A program made the position numbers and the translations under genes. This document shows, piece after piece, positions 7,089 through 17,100 of a stretch of DNA of 23,710 nt; positions within the stretch are counted from its first letter, which is position 1, and every line of letters starts with the position of its first letter. The stretch is from Candidatus Heimdallarchaeota archaeon (GTDB taxonomy: Archaea; Asgardarchaeota; Heimdallarchaeia; Heimdallarchaeales; Heimdallarchaeaceae). Under the pieces are notes generated by a model. It made no database searches. It worked only from the letters and a program-made list of their open reading frames with translations, and was not told where the DNA came from. The DNA is taken from contig DAOVER010000044.1 in NCBI GenBank assembly GCA_030668875.1, positions 1-23,710 on the forward strand. Reading direction: 5' to 3'.

Positions 7089-8957
7089 TTATCTCTTTCG
7101 TTTTCTGATGATTACCATTGAGACAAATACTATAGGAAGTAAGAAAATCAAAAGCGAAAATTGATTAAATTCAGAGATAACTCCTGGAGGAATGTCTCCT
7201 AATGGATAACCGTCATTTGCATTTCCTATTCCATCTAAAGTATAGTTTCCACTTACCCAGTCATCCCAGTAATTTCCTTCCATATTCCAAGGATCATCCC
7301 ACATGTTGAGTACTGAATCATCATAAGCTTGAGTATCACCCTGATTATTGTTAATGAAAGCATTATGGTGAATCCAGTTGAACATAGAACCACTATCTGA
7401 ATATATGGCATAGCCAAGGTTGTTTTTGAAGAAATTATGGGAGATATTTGTGTAGTCACAATCATAGAGAAGCATTCCTTCATCAGCACTGTTAGTAATT
7501 ACATTGTATCTAATGTTTCCAGCGACACTTCCTTGAAAACGGGTATTGTACCAAGAATTGGAGATTGTTATACTGTGTGATATGTTAAATACAGTTGCAC
7601 CCATTAAGAAGATACCAAATTGATTGTTGTTAGCAGTTATATTATAGAGTGTTGTATTAGTTGCTCCAAAACTATAAACTCCTCCATATTCCTCATTGTA
7701 ACTACATTTGGTATTTTGAATTGTTGTCTCCATTGAATTATCAAGACGAATACTACCATAGTTATTATTATCAAAGTTGCAATTGTCAACTGTAACATTT
7801 TCACAACCAACCATAATTAAAGCAATGCTAGTATCTGCAATAGTTTCATCCTTTACTGTTGTTCCATTACAAAACACAAGGATTAGCTGTCCATAAACAT
7901 TTGTAGCCAAAGTAGCTTCTCCTAATCCATTTATGTAACCTAAAGGTTTTCCGTTAACTGTATTGCCACCTACAGATAATCCATCATAACCCCCTTGACT
8001 ACTTGCGAAGATCCCAAAGCCATCTTTGGTGGCGTTATTATCTAAAATAGATGTAGATGTAGCATAGTTGTTATTTATACCATACCAGTCATTATCATAT
8101 AGAGTATTGTTTGCAACTGTGTTAGAAGTTGAACTAGTAATTTTTATACCGTCCCTATTATTATTATGAACGTAATTATTTTCTATTGTGTTCCAGCTTC
8201 CGGAAAAGACTAAAATTCCATTATAATTATTTAGATAACATTCATTATGAGTTAACGAATTGAGTATTGAATTAGACAGGTAAATGCCCTCTCGCGTATT
8301 ACTGTAACACTTATTTTCAGTTATATTGCAAGAATCACTAGAATCTAACTGCAAACCATTTTCTGTATTGGAATATAATTTATTCTCGATATAATTAACA
8401 TAATCTGCTAGAAGTCCATTAATCCCAACTATTCCATTGATACATGTATTGTTTTTGATTATACCACCATCAAGCGAATCAATATATATCCCCTTATCAT
8501 TACCATCACAATAGTTGTTTGTAATATTAGTATTGTCAGTTGCTATTACATTTATTCCACCCTCATTGTTATAGAGAGTGTTATTATCTATCTCAACAGT
8601 ACCTGGTGCTGCATTATAGATGTAAATACCATAAAGATCAGCATCGATGAAGCAATCTCGAATGACAAAGTTCTTTGAAGTGAAGCTTATATATATTCCA
8701 ACAATATCAGTTGTTACAATGCTTAGATTTTCTATGACATAAGGATCACCTATAGTACCACTACCTGTGCTATTCCCTGCTAAGTCAACATCATTTTCTA
8801 TATACAGAGGATCACTAGTTACGTAACCAGAAAGATCATATGCTATTTCTTGCTCCTTTTGAGCTGTTGATAGATTTTCGTAAACTGAAAATGTTGTAAA
8901 TAACAAAATCGTTAGTATAAATAAAGTAATCAAATTCTTCTTTTTATTAAGATTCAT
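7089..8957 (-). CDS. Secreted/surface right-handed parallel beta-helix (NosD/CASH-repeat) protein with C-terminal membrane anchor
   Basis: Basic-then-hydrophobic signal (MNLNKKKNLITLFILTILL). Many GIxL...NTIxNN repeats. Tail ISEF-hydrophobic helix-RKRKR. ATG at 8957 preferred over the track's GTG at 8978. Confidence 0.9.
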   Translation of the reverse strand: MNLNKKKNLITLFILTILLFTTFSVYENLSTAQKEQEIAYDLSGYVTSDPLYIENDVDLAGNSTGSGTIGDPYVIENLSIVTTDIVGIYISFTSKNFVIRDCFIDADLYGIYIYNAAPGTVEIDNNTLYNNEGGINVIATDNTNITNNYCDGNDKGIYIDSLDGGIIKNNTCINGIVGINGLLADYVNYIENKLYSNTENGLQLDSSDSCNITENKCYSNTREGIYLSNSILNSLTHNECYLNNYNGILVFSGSWNTIENNYVHNNNRDGIKITSSTSNTVANNTLYDNDWYGINNNYATSTSILDNNATKDGFGIFASSQGGYDGLSVGGNTVNGKPLGYINGLGEATLATNVYGQLILVFCNGTTVKDETIADTSIALIMVGCENVTVDNCNFDNNNYGSIRLDNSMETTIQNTKCSYNEEYGGVYSFGATNTTLYNITANNNQFGIFLMGATVFNISHSITISNSWYNTRFQGSVAGNIRYNVITNSADEGMLLYDCDYTNISHNFFKNNLGYAIYSDSGSMFNWIHHNAFINNNQGDTQAYDDSVLNMWDDPWNMEGNYWDDWVSGNYTLDGIGNANDGYPLGDIPPGVISEFNQFSLLIFLLPIVFVSMVIIRKRKR

Positions 8958-9030
8958 AAATCCCACAAGAAATAGCACATTTATACCATATAAAATTCTT
9001 GTCCATTGGATTACGTTTCATAACCGAAAA

Positions 9031-9615
9031 TTATACTTCTAATTTTGACTTGAAATCAACATTTGCATATTTTATGATTTTAGTTAAATCTTCGATTATA
9101 TCATCATCAAGAGAAACGCCTGGATAATTAGAAAGGAGTTTGTTGACAGTTTCATTTGCTCTCTCTCCAATGGTTTTTCTTCCTTTACTTATCCATTCTT
9201 CATTTGTGGAACGATCTATAATTTTGCTTGGAATATATTGTTCTTCTCTGAACCATTTCAGTGTATGATCATGAGATAAAAGATGTGTCTTCTCTTCCAT
9301 ATCCTTAATCAAGTTTTTAGCAATGGGATCATCTCTTTGAATAATTCCTTTAACAAATTTATGTGTCATTCCGCAGATTTCATTATCTATGACAAGTTTC
9401 TGGATACTTTGTGTTGTTTCAAAATCCATCATTCCTGCTCCTGAGATCATATTAACACCCTTTATACCAGCTAACAAAGTTCCCATGCCAGTTTCAAAAC
9501 CAGTTTGCATATCGAGGATCTTAGCATCTGACATGCCAAGATATGCATGGGTTGGAAGATTGAGATATTTCCCAATTTCCACATAACCTAAATCAAGTAT
9601 CATTGTGTCTATTGA
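9031..9615 (-). pseudogene. mttB: 3' fragment of a trimethylamine-methyltransferase (MttB) family gene
   Basis: 143 of 190 aa identical (hand count) to the last 190 aa of 17232..18695, with no indels. Homology extends upstream to SIDT (paralog SVDT) at 9615, and an in-frame TGA lies two codons further upstream. Confidence 0.9.
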
Positions 9616-9737
9616 AAATCAACAATAGGATTACACTATTCAAAACAGGTCGAGAAAGTAAGTGTGTTAATTATCTTTTGCTTGATTCCAGAGGTGACCC
9701 TATTGATGTTATTGATTCAAAACCAACTTCTATAGAA

Positions 9738-11111
9738 TTAGTCTGGCGTAAGTTCAAATATACTTTCTGAATAAATAGCTCTTTCTCTTGATGCTTTTCT
9801 CGTAACTGGTCGAATATCTTGATGTTGAAGTGTATACCCAGATTTTCTGATAATTTCTGGATATAGCTTATATTTATCATTTGCAACAAAGAATACTGAT
9901 GCATCGTTTTTCAAGTATTTTTTGAAATTTTTGAGAACTTTGATAATTAAATCCTGATATTCCTTTTGCGAGTTTTTACTTGTCCCTTTTCTTGCTGGTC
10001 CGATTTCTTTTACCTCATTCCATTCTAAATCAAAAATATCGTACGCATATTTATGCTGTTCATGATAATCTATTATACCTACATATGGTGGAGATGTAAT
10101 TATACCATCTATTTCAGGATAAAAGTCCAGTTCATTTTCCAATACTATGTTTGTTGAATCACCTTTTAGTACAATTGTATCTTTTTCAGACCGTAAACTA
10201 TCAAATTCTTTCAATCGCTTAATAGTGTCTTTTGTATATCTTCTTAGATGGGATAATGATGTTTGTACTGGCGAGCAAATTTTTCCCTTATGCTTATGGC
10301 AATAATAAGGTTCTCTAACTGGTTGAGTTGGACGTGTCAATTCAAAGTGAAAAATTAAACGAGATGAGCGAGCAGCTCTGCTCAAAATCACCTTCAATAA
10401 ATCCTGATACAAATAATTTGGAATTAAAGATTTATAGAAACTAATTTCCTTAATAGTTGTTTTGGCAAACCATGTGTTTAAATAATTAGATTCTAGAAGA
10501 GTAAATTCTTTATTTTCTTTCTCTTGTGTTTTTGTGTTTATAAAATCCAGTAAGTTTTTTTGGTTTTTATCAAAAAACATTTCTACTTTATGTAATATAT
10601 CCTTTAACTCAAACTCAACTTTCTTCAAGTCATATTTTTGTGTTTTAGCTCTAGATATTATGCAATTAAATTCTGAGATATCAACACCAATTGAATTAGC
10701 TCCAAAGATGTTAGCTTCAATTAAAGTTGTACCTGATCCAACGAAGGGATCTAAGATTGTTTGTTCAGGAGAAAATTTCTTCCTCAAATAATATTCAACA
10801 AGTTGAGGGATATATTTTCCCAAATATGGATGCAATCTATGGACGTGTTTTGTTCTCATAGTTTCTGATAAATCAAAAAATGCAAGTTCTTCATTCATTC
10901 CTTGAAATTGATTCCTAATCTCTATTTTTTCAGATTCTAATTTTTGAAAATAGGTTTCTAATTCTACACGGTTTAATAATTTACCTTTCTTAGTTTTTAT
11001 TACATTAATAATTCTATTATATTGAATCAAATAATTGATATTGCTTTTGCTTTTGTTATACAGTAATGCTGCTTCTTCTACAGTAAGATATTCTTCAGAA
11101 TCATTATTCAT
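9738..11111 (-). CDS. Amino-(probably N4-cytosine) DNA methyltransferase, alpha-type motif order, with N-terminal HTH
   Basis: Motif X HRLHPYLGKYIP, motif I LDPFVGSGTT and motif IV IITSPPY. The N-terminal LTVEEAALLYNKSKSNINYLI is an excisionase/HTH_17-like helix-turn-helix. Confidence 0.92.
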   Translation of the reverse strand: MNNDSEEYLTVEEAALLYNKSKSNINYLIQYNRIINVIKTKKGKLLNRVELETYFQKLESEKIEIRNQFQGMNEELAFFDLSETMRTKHVHRLHPYLGKYIPQLVEYYLRKKFSPEQTILDPFVGSGTTLIEANIFGANSIGVDISEFNCIISRAKTQKYDLKKVEFELKDILHKVEMFFDKNQKNLLDFINTKTQEKENKEFTLLESNYLNTWFAKTTIKEISFYKSLIPNYLYQDLLKVILSRAARSSRLIFHFELTRPTQPVREPYYCHKHKGKICSPVQTSLSHLRRYTKDTIKRLKEFDSLRSEKDTIVLKGDSTNIVLENELDFYPEIDGIITSPPYVGIIDYHEQHKYAYDIFDLEWNEVKEIGPARKGTSKNSQKEYQDLIIKVLKNFKKYLKNDASVFFVANDKYKLYPEIIRKSGYTLQHQDIRPVTRKASRERAIYSESIFELTPD

Positions 11112-11484
11112 TGGAAACAGCTCTTTTTTTTGTTGCTTTAGAAAGCCTTATTCTAGATTTTGTATCGATATCTATGAGATGTGATAGCTCGGTGAGTTCA
11201 TCTTGCGTTAAACCATTAGCTAACGCCAAAGAGAACCCCCAAGAGCTTTCTATATAATTGTCAGTTCGACAGATTTGTGACAATAGTTCTTCTTGATTCA
11301 TATCAATAAATATATTACTCTTCTTAAGAATCAGAGAATAATCAAAATTGCTATCTCCTTCCCAGCTTGCAACTGAACAGACAACAAAATCGTTTTCTCG
11401 TTCTAGGATAATTATAGGATGTGTTGCGCTTATACCCTTATTCTGTAGTAATATTCGTCTCTTCATCACTTTATAATTGTACAT
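11104..11484 (-). CDS. Hypothetical protein (126 aa), weakly PemK/MazF-like; overlaps the methyltransferase start by 8 nt
   Basis: ATG with a GTGGT RBS-like sequence; overlap suggests translational coupling. THPIIILE...FVVCSVAS resembles the RPxLVxS...VxVxPITS pattern of PemK-like proteins. Confidence 0.6.
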   Translation of the reverse strand: MYNYKVMKRRILLQNKGISATHPIIILERENDFVVCSVASWEGDSNFDYSLILKKSNIFIDMNQEELLSQICRTDNYIESSWGFSLALANGLTQDELTELSHLIDIDTKSRIRLSKATKKRAVSNE

Positions 11485-11633
11485 CTAATTTACCACTTTA
11501 TAATATTTTTTGATTAAGATAATGAGTATCTCAATAAATATACTAAGAAAAAACAATATATACTCAAAGTTTTTGTATAAGTTTACGTCTGAAAAAATAA
11601 CTTCGTTTTAAATAACACTTTTTCATAGTAATA

Positions 11634-12785
11634 TTATTTGTTAATAAGAGGTCCTAACCCTTCATAATGTGGATAATGGGTTTTTATCGCTGTAACATCC
11701 TCTTGCTCAATTAGTTTTGTTCTTTCAGTTTCTGATAAGTGTTCTAATACACACTTATAGTGATAATGGTATCCAGTAGTAAACCTATGCTGTATCGTTT
11801 GGGTCTTTTTACGTTTGTATTTTGTATATGGACATTTTCCATTCAATATTTCTTGTTTAGAAAAGAGCTTACAGTCATTTAGACATTTGATTTCAACTTT
11901 GTCTATTTTATAGTCCATGTTCGAATATTCTTCAATTACTTTGTCACAGAACTGTATCCATTTTTTACATATAGGACACCTATCTGAACATCTTGAATTT
12001 TCTGTATCTATAGTTGCAGTGGGTATATTCGTTTTTAATGAAAATAACCCTGATTGTATTTCTTTTTTGGTGCCAACTTCTATTCCATATATGTCTTTAT
12101 TTGAAGTTATAATCAGAAAATCTGGAGGAGTTAACACACCAGAACCACTGAATAGTTTTTGTTGTAAAAGAAGAGGGATTATGTAACCCAAATCATATCT
12201 CAATAAGAAAAGGTATACCAATAACTCATGCCAGAGACCTCCCGCTGTTTTTGGTAATAATTTATCAAAATATTTGTTAAATTTGGGAGGGGCATCACAA
12301 TCTTTTTTAGGTAATCCCACTACGCCACTAAAATTACGAAGGCTGTCGTAAAGTTCCTCATCTTTTATTTCAGGTATTGAACTTCCTAGTTTTTCCAAGA
12401 ATTTTTTCCTTAAAGTGTTATCAACAGTCATCACTTCATAATCCATCAATATATTCACAAAATAAAGCACGGATTTGATGAAAAGCCCTTTTTTTCTTTT
12501 TTTTGTTTCTAGTTTAGTGGATCCGGAAGTCAGAAAAAATAATCCCCTTGATAGGAATATATATTCCAAAATATCGGCTAGAATCATTTGTCTATCTTTT
12601 TCGTTGTAAAGTTGCTCAAATAGTTCCACTTCTGAATGAGATAGGATTTCTTTAAATTTCTCAAGGTGTCTATTGTAATTCTCATAATCTTCTTTTTTCT
12701 CATAATTATCCTCCTTAAGAAAAGTTTCATATAAGGAATCAAGATGTCTTAGAGATTTTATTAGTTTTTCATAGCCTTCCTTCAT
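11634..12785 (-). CDS. Putative PD-(D/E)xK-fold endonuclease with a Cys/His-rich C-terminus
   Basis: GLWHELLVY...TPPDFLII...YGIEVGTKKE; CSDRCPIC, CLNDC and HYHYKC are possible Zn ligands. ATG at 12785 preferred, because the track's start at 12866 overlaps the upstream gene. Confidence 0.65.
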   Translation of the reverse strand: MKEGYEKLIKSLRHLDSLYETFLKEDNYEKKEDYENYNRHLEKFKEILSHSEVELFEQLYNEKDRQMILADILEYIFLSRGLFFLTSGSTKLETKKRKKGLFIKSVLYFVNILMDYEVMTVDNTLRKKFLEKLGSSIPEIKDEELYDSLRNFSGVVGLPKKDCDAPPKFNKYFDKLLPKTAGGLWHELLVYLFLLRYDLGYIIPLLLQQKLFSGSGVLTPPDFLIITSNKDIYGIEVGTKKEIQSGLFSLKTNIPTATIDTENSRCSDRCPICKKWIQFCDKVIEEYSNMDYKIDKVEIKCLNDCKLFSKQEILNGKCPYTKYKRKKTQTIQHRFTTGYHYHYKCVLEHLSETERTKLIEQEDVTAIKTHYPHYEGLGPLINK

Positions 12786-12822
12786 TTTAATTACCCGTAT
12801 TTTTATTGTTCGATGATAGAAT

Positions 12823-13674
12823 CTATAGGAAATCAAGTAATGATTTTTGGTTTGAAGCTGAATCAAGCGAGTCTATAAGTTTGTTAAGTTCTTCTGATAC
12901 TAATCCTTGTTGTCCAACTTCAAACAAACCTGTTTTTATTAAACTGAAACTTCCTCTAAATCCTGTTAGAAAATCCCAGAATTCATCTTCAACTACTGCA
13001 TCTGTTTCTGGATCCAATGGTCTTCCCTTACCCATACTTCCTTCCCAAAATAATTTATTTGTAAATGGGTTATATGGAAAAGCTATCCTTGCAACTATAT
13101 CTTCTTCAAAGTATCTGGAATAATAATAATAGTACCACGATAGTATTTGACGTAAAAAAGAGTGAAAACTGCTGATATTTGGTCTAACAGTTTTAATATC
13201 AAACAAATAATTTGTGTCATCTTTATTAATCCAAACATCAACTCCTCTTCCCTGTGGAGGTAATTCAAAATCACTTGTTTCAAGTGGATTTATCTCGTAA
13301 AACTTACATAATTCCTTTATGGATTCTTTTGCCTTTAATCCTTGAAAGGTTGCCTCTCCTTTACTTCTTGAATTAATTATATTATCTATGCAATTGGAAA
13401 TTTCAATGGATACCTCTTTTGGTTTCATTAGGATTGAAATATCCATGATTTTAAATCCTGTTTGTTTTGCAAATCTTTTTGCGAGAGGTTCCCATAGAGT
13501 TGTACCTAATCCTGTCTCTAATCCGCCAACAATGGATCTTACCCATCTTTCCTTTGGAATAATTAAATCAAGAATCTGAAATGGGACAGCTTGCTCCATC
13601 CTCTTTTCAGCATAATTAATTATTCCTTCTACTGCTATTTCCTTTGTTATTTTGATTATTTCTGCTCCTTCCAT
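12823..13674 (-). CDS. Type II restriction endonuclease, TdeIII/HgiBI-like family
   Basis: LGTTLWEPLA, VDVW...YLFDIKTVRPN, IAFPYNPF and EFWDFLTG follow the motif series I recall for the RE_TdeIII family. Specificity cannot be assigned from this. Confidence 0.75.
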   Translation of the reverse strand: MEGAEIIKITKEIAVEGIINYAEKRMEQAVPFQILDLIIPKERWVRSIVGGLETGLGTTLWEPLAKRFAKQTGFKIMDISILMKPKEVSIEISNCIDNIINSRSKGEATFQGLKAKESIKELCKFYEINPLETSDFELPPQGRGVDVWINKDDTNYLFDIKTVRPNISSFHSFLRQILSWYYYYYSRYFEEDIVARIAFPYNPFTNKLFWEGSMGKGRPLDPETDAVVEDEFWDFLTGFRGSFSLIKTGLFEVGQQGLVSEELNKLIDSLDSASNQKSLLDFL

Positions 13675-13786
13675 TTGAACAAGCCCTTATTTAATGTCTG
13701 ATAGAGAAATTAATTACTAAAACCATACTGTATTTTATGTGTAAAATGTGCAGAAAACAATTAATGCTTATTTTGTAATTTACCTC

Positions 13787-13969
13787 ATGGATAAAACACA
13801 TACTGTAAAAGCACGAATTCATTATGGTTCGAGAAGTTTGGATCTAACAATCCCTGCTAATTTAGTGAAGAAGTATAATATCAAACCGGGGGATATTTTT
13901 AAAGTTAATATTGAAGAAAAGCCAGAAGTAGTAGTTATAAGTTATTCTAGAATCTTCGAAAATGAATGA
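13787..13969 (+). CDS. AbrB/MazE/SpoVT family DNA-binding protein (60 aa)
   Basis: GSRSLDLTIPANLVKKYNIKPGDIFKV is a typical swapped-hairpin signature. ATG at 13787. Divergent from the nuclease operon. Confidence 0.85.
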   Translation: MDKTHTVKARIHYGSRSLDLTIPANLVKKYNIKPGDIFKVNIEEKPEVVVISYSRIFENE

Positions 13970-14000
13970 TTTTTATACTCGTTTTTATAAGGTTTTTTTT
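13970..14000 (+). terminator. Oligo-T tracts typical of archaeal intrinsic terminators
   Basis: T5 (13970-13974), T5 (13982-13986) and T8 (13993-14000) immediately after the AbrB stop. Confidence 0.4.
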
Positions 14001-14137
14001 AATAAGAAGGTAATTTCAATCAGCTGACTATCGTATTCCAACACTTTTCTTGTGGATTTCTAGTAATTTGTTATTTATTTCACTAAAACAGTTTTTCAAC
14101 CTTTTTTTATCAGTTTATATACCAATTGTAAGATAAT

Positions 14138-17100
14138 ATGCTGAAGGTGATTATAATAGAAACTTCAAAGGGTGAAATAGAAAGTACAATAAAAAAGGCT
14201 ATTGATGAAAATCATGAAGAAATAATAGCTAATATACAGGAAGAATTAGTAAACATAGAACAAGTAAAAAATCAAATTACAAAAATACTGAAAAGACACA
14301 AAATGCTTTACCTTTCACATTTAACATGGTTGCAATTAATTGAATTGGAGACATCTCTTGAATTTCAAAAACATAACAATGAACCATTAAAACAACTTGG
14401 GCAGATTGATAATAGTGCCACTATGCTAAAAAATGATGTCCAGATGAACATTGTACCAGGAGAATATTCCAATAAACTATCTTCATTTGCTGAGAAAGGA
14501 ACAATTGATGGCACGGGTTTTAATATTTTCTCACACGAACTTCTTGAAATGCTAAAAATCAGTGAAAACAGTTCTTTCGACGAATTCATTTATTCATTGA
14601 AAATCACAAACAAAACTGATACATTATCAAATAAGGTTTTGAGTAAAATAGCAAAACCATATTTCTCAAAACTTATTAGTAATTTTGAGAATAATATTGC
14701 TTTAACTTCTACAGAAAAAGAACACTTGTCTGAATTCATTGCATATCTAGCAAGTTCCTCAGAAATTTCATCAAATTCAGACCATCCTAGTCTGTCTAGA
14801 ATAAGTGAATATTTGGGTACAAGTAATTTAGTATGCGGTTTAAATTATGTTTCTTTTGGTAGTGGTCAAGGATATGATCTTCTTAATATCACTGTAGAAG
14901 ATGGCACAGGATTTAGAAGAATAAATACATTTAACCCAGTTGAGCTTAAATGGAGAACTCGCAACTCAAGAGATTGGTTAATCCCAAGTAATATTAAAAG
15001 ACAAATGACATCCAGTTTTAGAGAATCTATCAAGAAATTATATTCAGTTGATAATCTTCCAGTAGGAGCATATAAAGTCTCAAAAAAAGGTGTTCTGGAA
15101 TTTATCCCCAATACAGGTTTTGGCATGTATACAACCTTCGGAAGAGGAAATGATGGAATAACTAAACTTGATAAATTTAACGAACAATTAAATGAACTAG
15201 CTAGAATCTGGGAAAAGTGTAATGTAGGGTCGATATTTCCCTTACATGAACTAGTCCCTAATTCAAATGCGAAAACACTTCAGGAATCACTTATTAATGC
15301 AGTGAGAGAACAATGTTATCTTGAAGGATTAATAGAAAATGGTTTCATTCTTGATTATAAGGGTGATTTGAACAATTATAAACATGTAGAATATTGTCCA
15401 AAAAGAAGTCATAATTTCAAATTTAACAGTAACAATGGAACTGTTTCGCGAATGCTATCAAATGAAGATTTCAAGGTATTTGCAGATGATAAGCCTAAAT
15501 TTATAGAACCTTTCAATTTATATGTATCAAAAAAAACAGATGAAACTATTATTGTAGATATATATTATTCTTTTAATTTATCTAAAGATATTGCCTTCAT
15601 AACTTCATTAGACTTAAAACCAGATGATTACAAAATATTCATTTCCAATTCCAATAAAATTAAAGGCTTCATATTAACCTCTGATAATAAAATAGTTTGC
15701 ACAGAAAAGTACTATTCCAAGCACAAACAGGATCTAATTGCTGAAATAAAAACAAGATTTGCTAATAGTATTAGGGACGAAAAGAAACTTGTTAAATGGA
15801 ATGGAATTGTGACAGATGATTTTACTTATGAAACAGATTTAGCCTTCTTCACAGCTAATCCTCAACAACTCTCAAAAACAAAGAATACCTATCACTTTCA
15901 TCCTACTCTCAACAAGTCTAAAGGTGAAGCGCATATTTTAGGCTTAGATAGTGTGTTCTACTTTACTTTTAGAACTGGAAATACTGCCAAGGATGCTAAA
16001 ATGCAAAATTCTGAATGGTTTCGCACTACATATAAAAAATTTACAAATAGATTTCTAAAAACTGATGAACCCATAATTATAGAAGATATATTTGGAGATG
16101 CTGATAAATATGCAAAAAGCTATTTTGAAGGCTATGGTGAAATGGCTATTAGAACCTTCTTTACGGATGGTTCGTATAGTTTTAAGAATAAGCTGATAGC
16201 ACAAAAACTAATTAATAAAAATCTAGAAAAATACTCCCCACTATCAGGTCCAGTATTCGAAATTAACAATTTATTGAGAAAAAATGATGTTTTTAATGAA
16301 TCTTATTTGTTGTTTGGTGGTGATACAAGGAACAAAGGTCACACTACTGTAGATGGAACTTTCACTACAAGTAAAGAATCTGGCTATAGAAGAATAGACA
16401 GAATGAATCTTATTAGAGCTGACTGGTTTGATACAAAAACATTCGTAAGAAAAGATACTGTACCTTGTTTCATTATTCTCATTAAGAAACTCCAAAATGA
16501 TAAACAATCCAAAAAGGTTTTTACATTAAAAGGACAAACAGACCTATACAGACTTGAAAATAGTGGCAAATATCTTGAATATGTGATAAAGAGAGATCAA
16601 GCTAATTACTTCGTTTCAATTGCAAAAAAAGAAGATAAATATACTTATTTTCTTTTCCAAAAAAATGCAAGAAATGAGAAAACCTTAGAAATCATTAGAA
16701 ATCAACTTTTAGATGCTCCTTTGTTAATCAAAAAGGGAAAATCTAGAATAAACCAAATGTACAGTGATTGGTTGAAAAGATTAAATAATGCAAGGAAGAT
16801 TCAAACAAATCCCCATATCAAAATTTGTTTGAATGAAAATGAAGCTGGTTGGTTATTAGTCAAACTTGGAATGAACGTTACTAAAGTGAATGATGATTTA
16901 TTTAAGAAATTCAAAATGTGGTATGTTGAAGAATCGTTAACAATCCGAAAACAGATTTGGAATGAGTCAGAGGATGGAAAATTAACAAAAAAGCAATTTT
17001 ATGAAAATTTTTCCTTTGGACTAATTCCAAAGGGTTCCTTTGCAGGAAGAACTAGAACAATATATGAAGTCAATAGTAAGGAGATGCAAAATTTCATTAA

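Noticed and set aside
7200-8800. Tandem DNA repeats in the NosD-like gene
   Set aside because: Periodicity is at the protein level (Asn-rich beta-helix coils), with no exact nucleotide tandem repeat noticed.
9671-9904. 77-aa ORF
   Set aside because: Mostly overlaps the methyltransferase 3' end in another frame on the same strand, with no motif.
15880-15940. JAB/MPN metalloprotease motif (YHFHP) in the 1022-aa protein
   Set aside because: Downstream Ser/acid spacing does not fit HxHx7SxxD.
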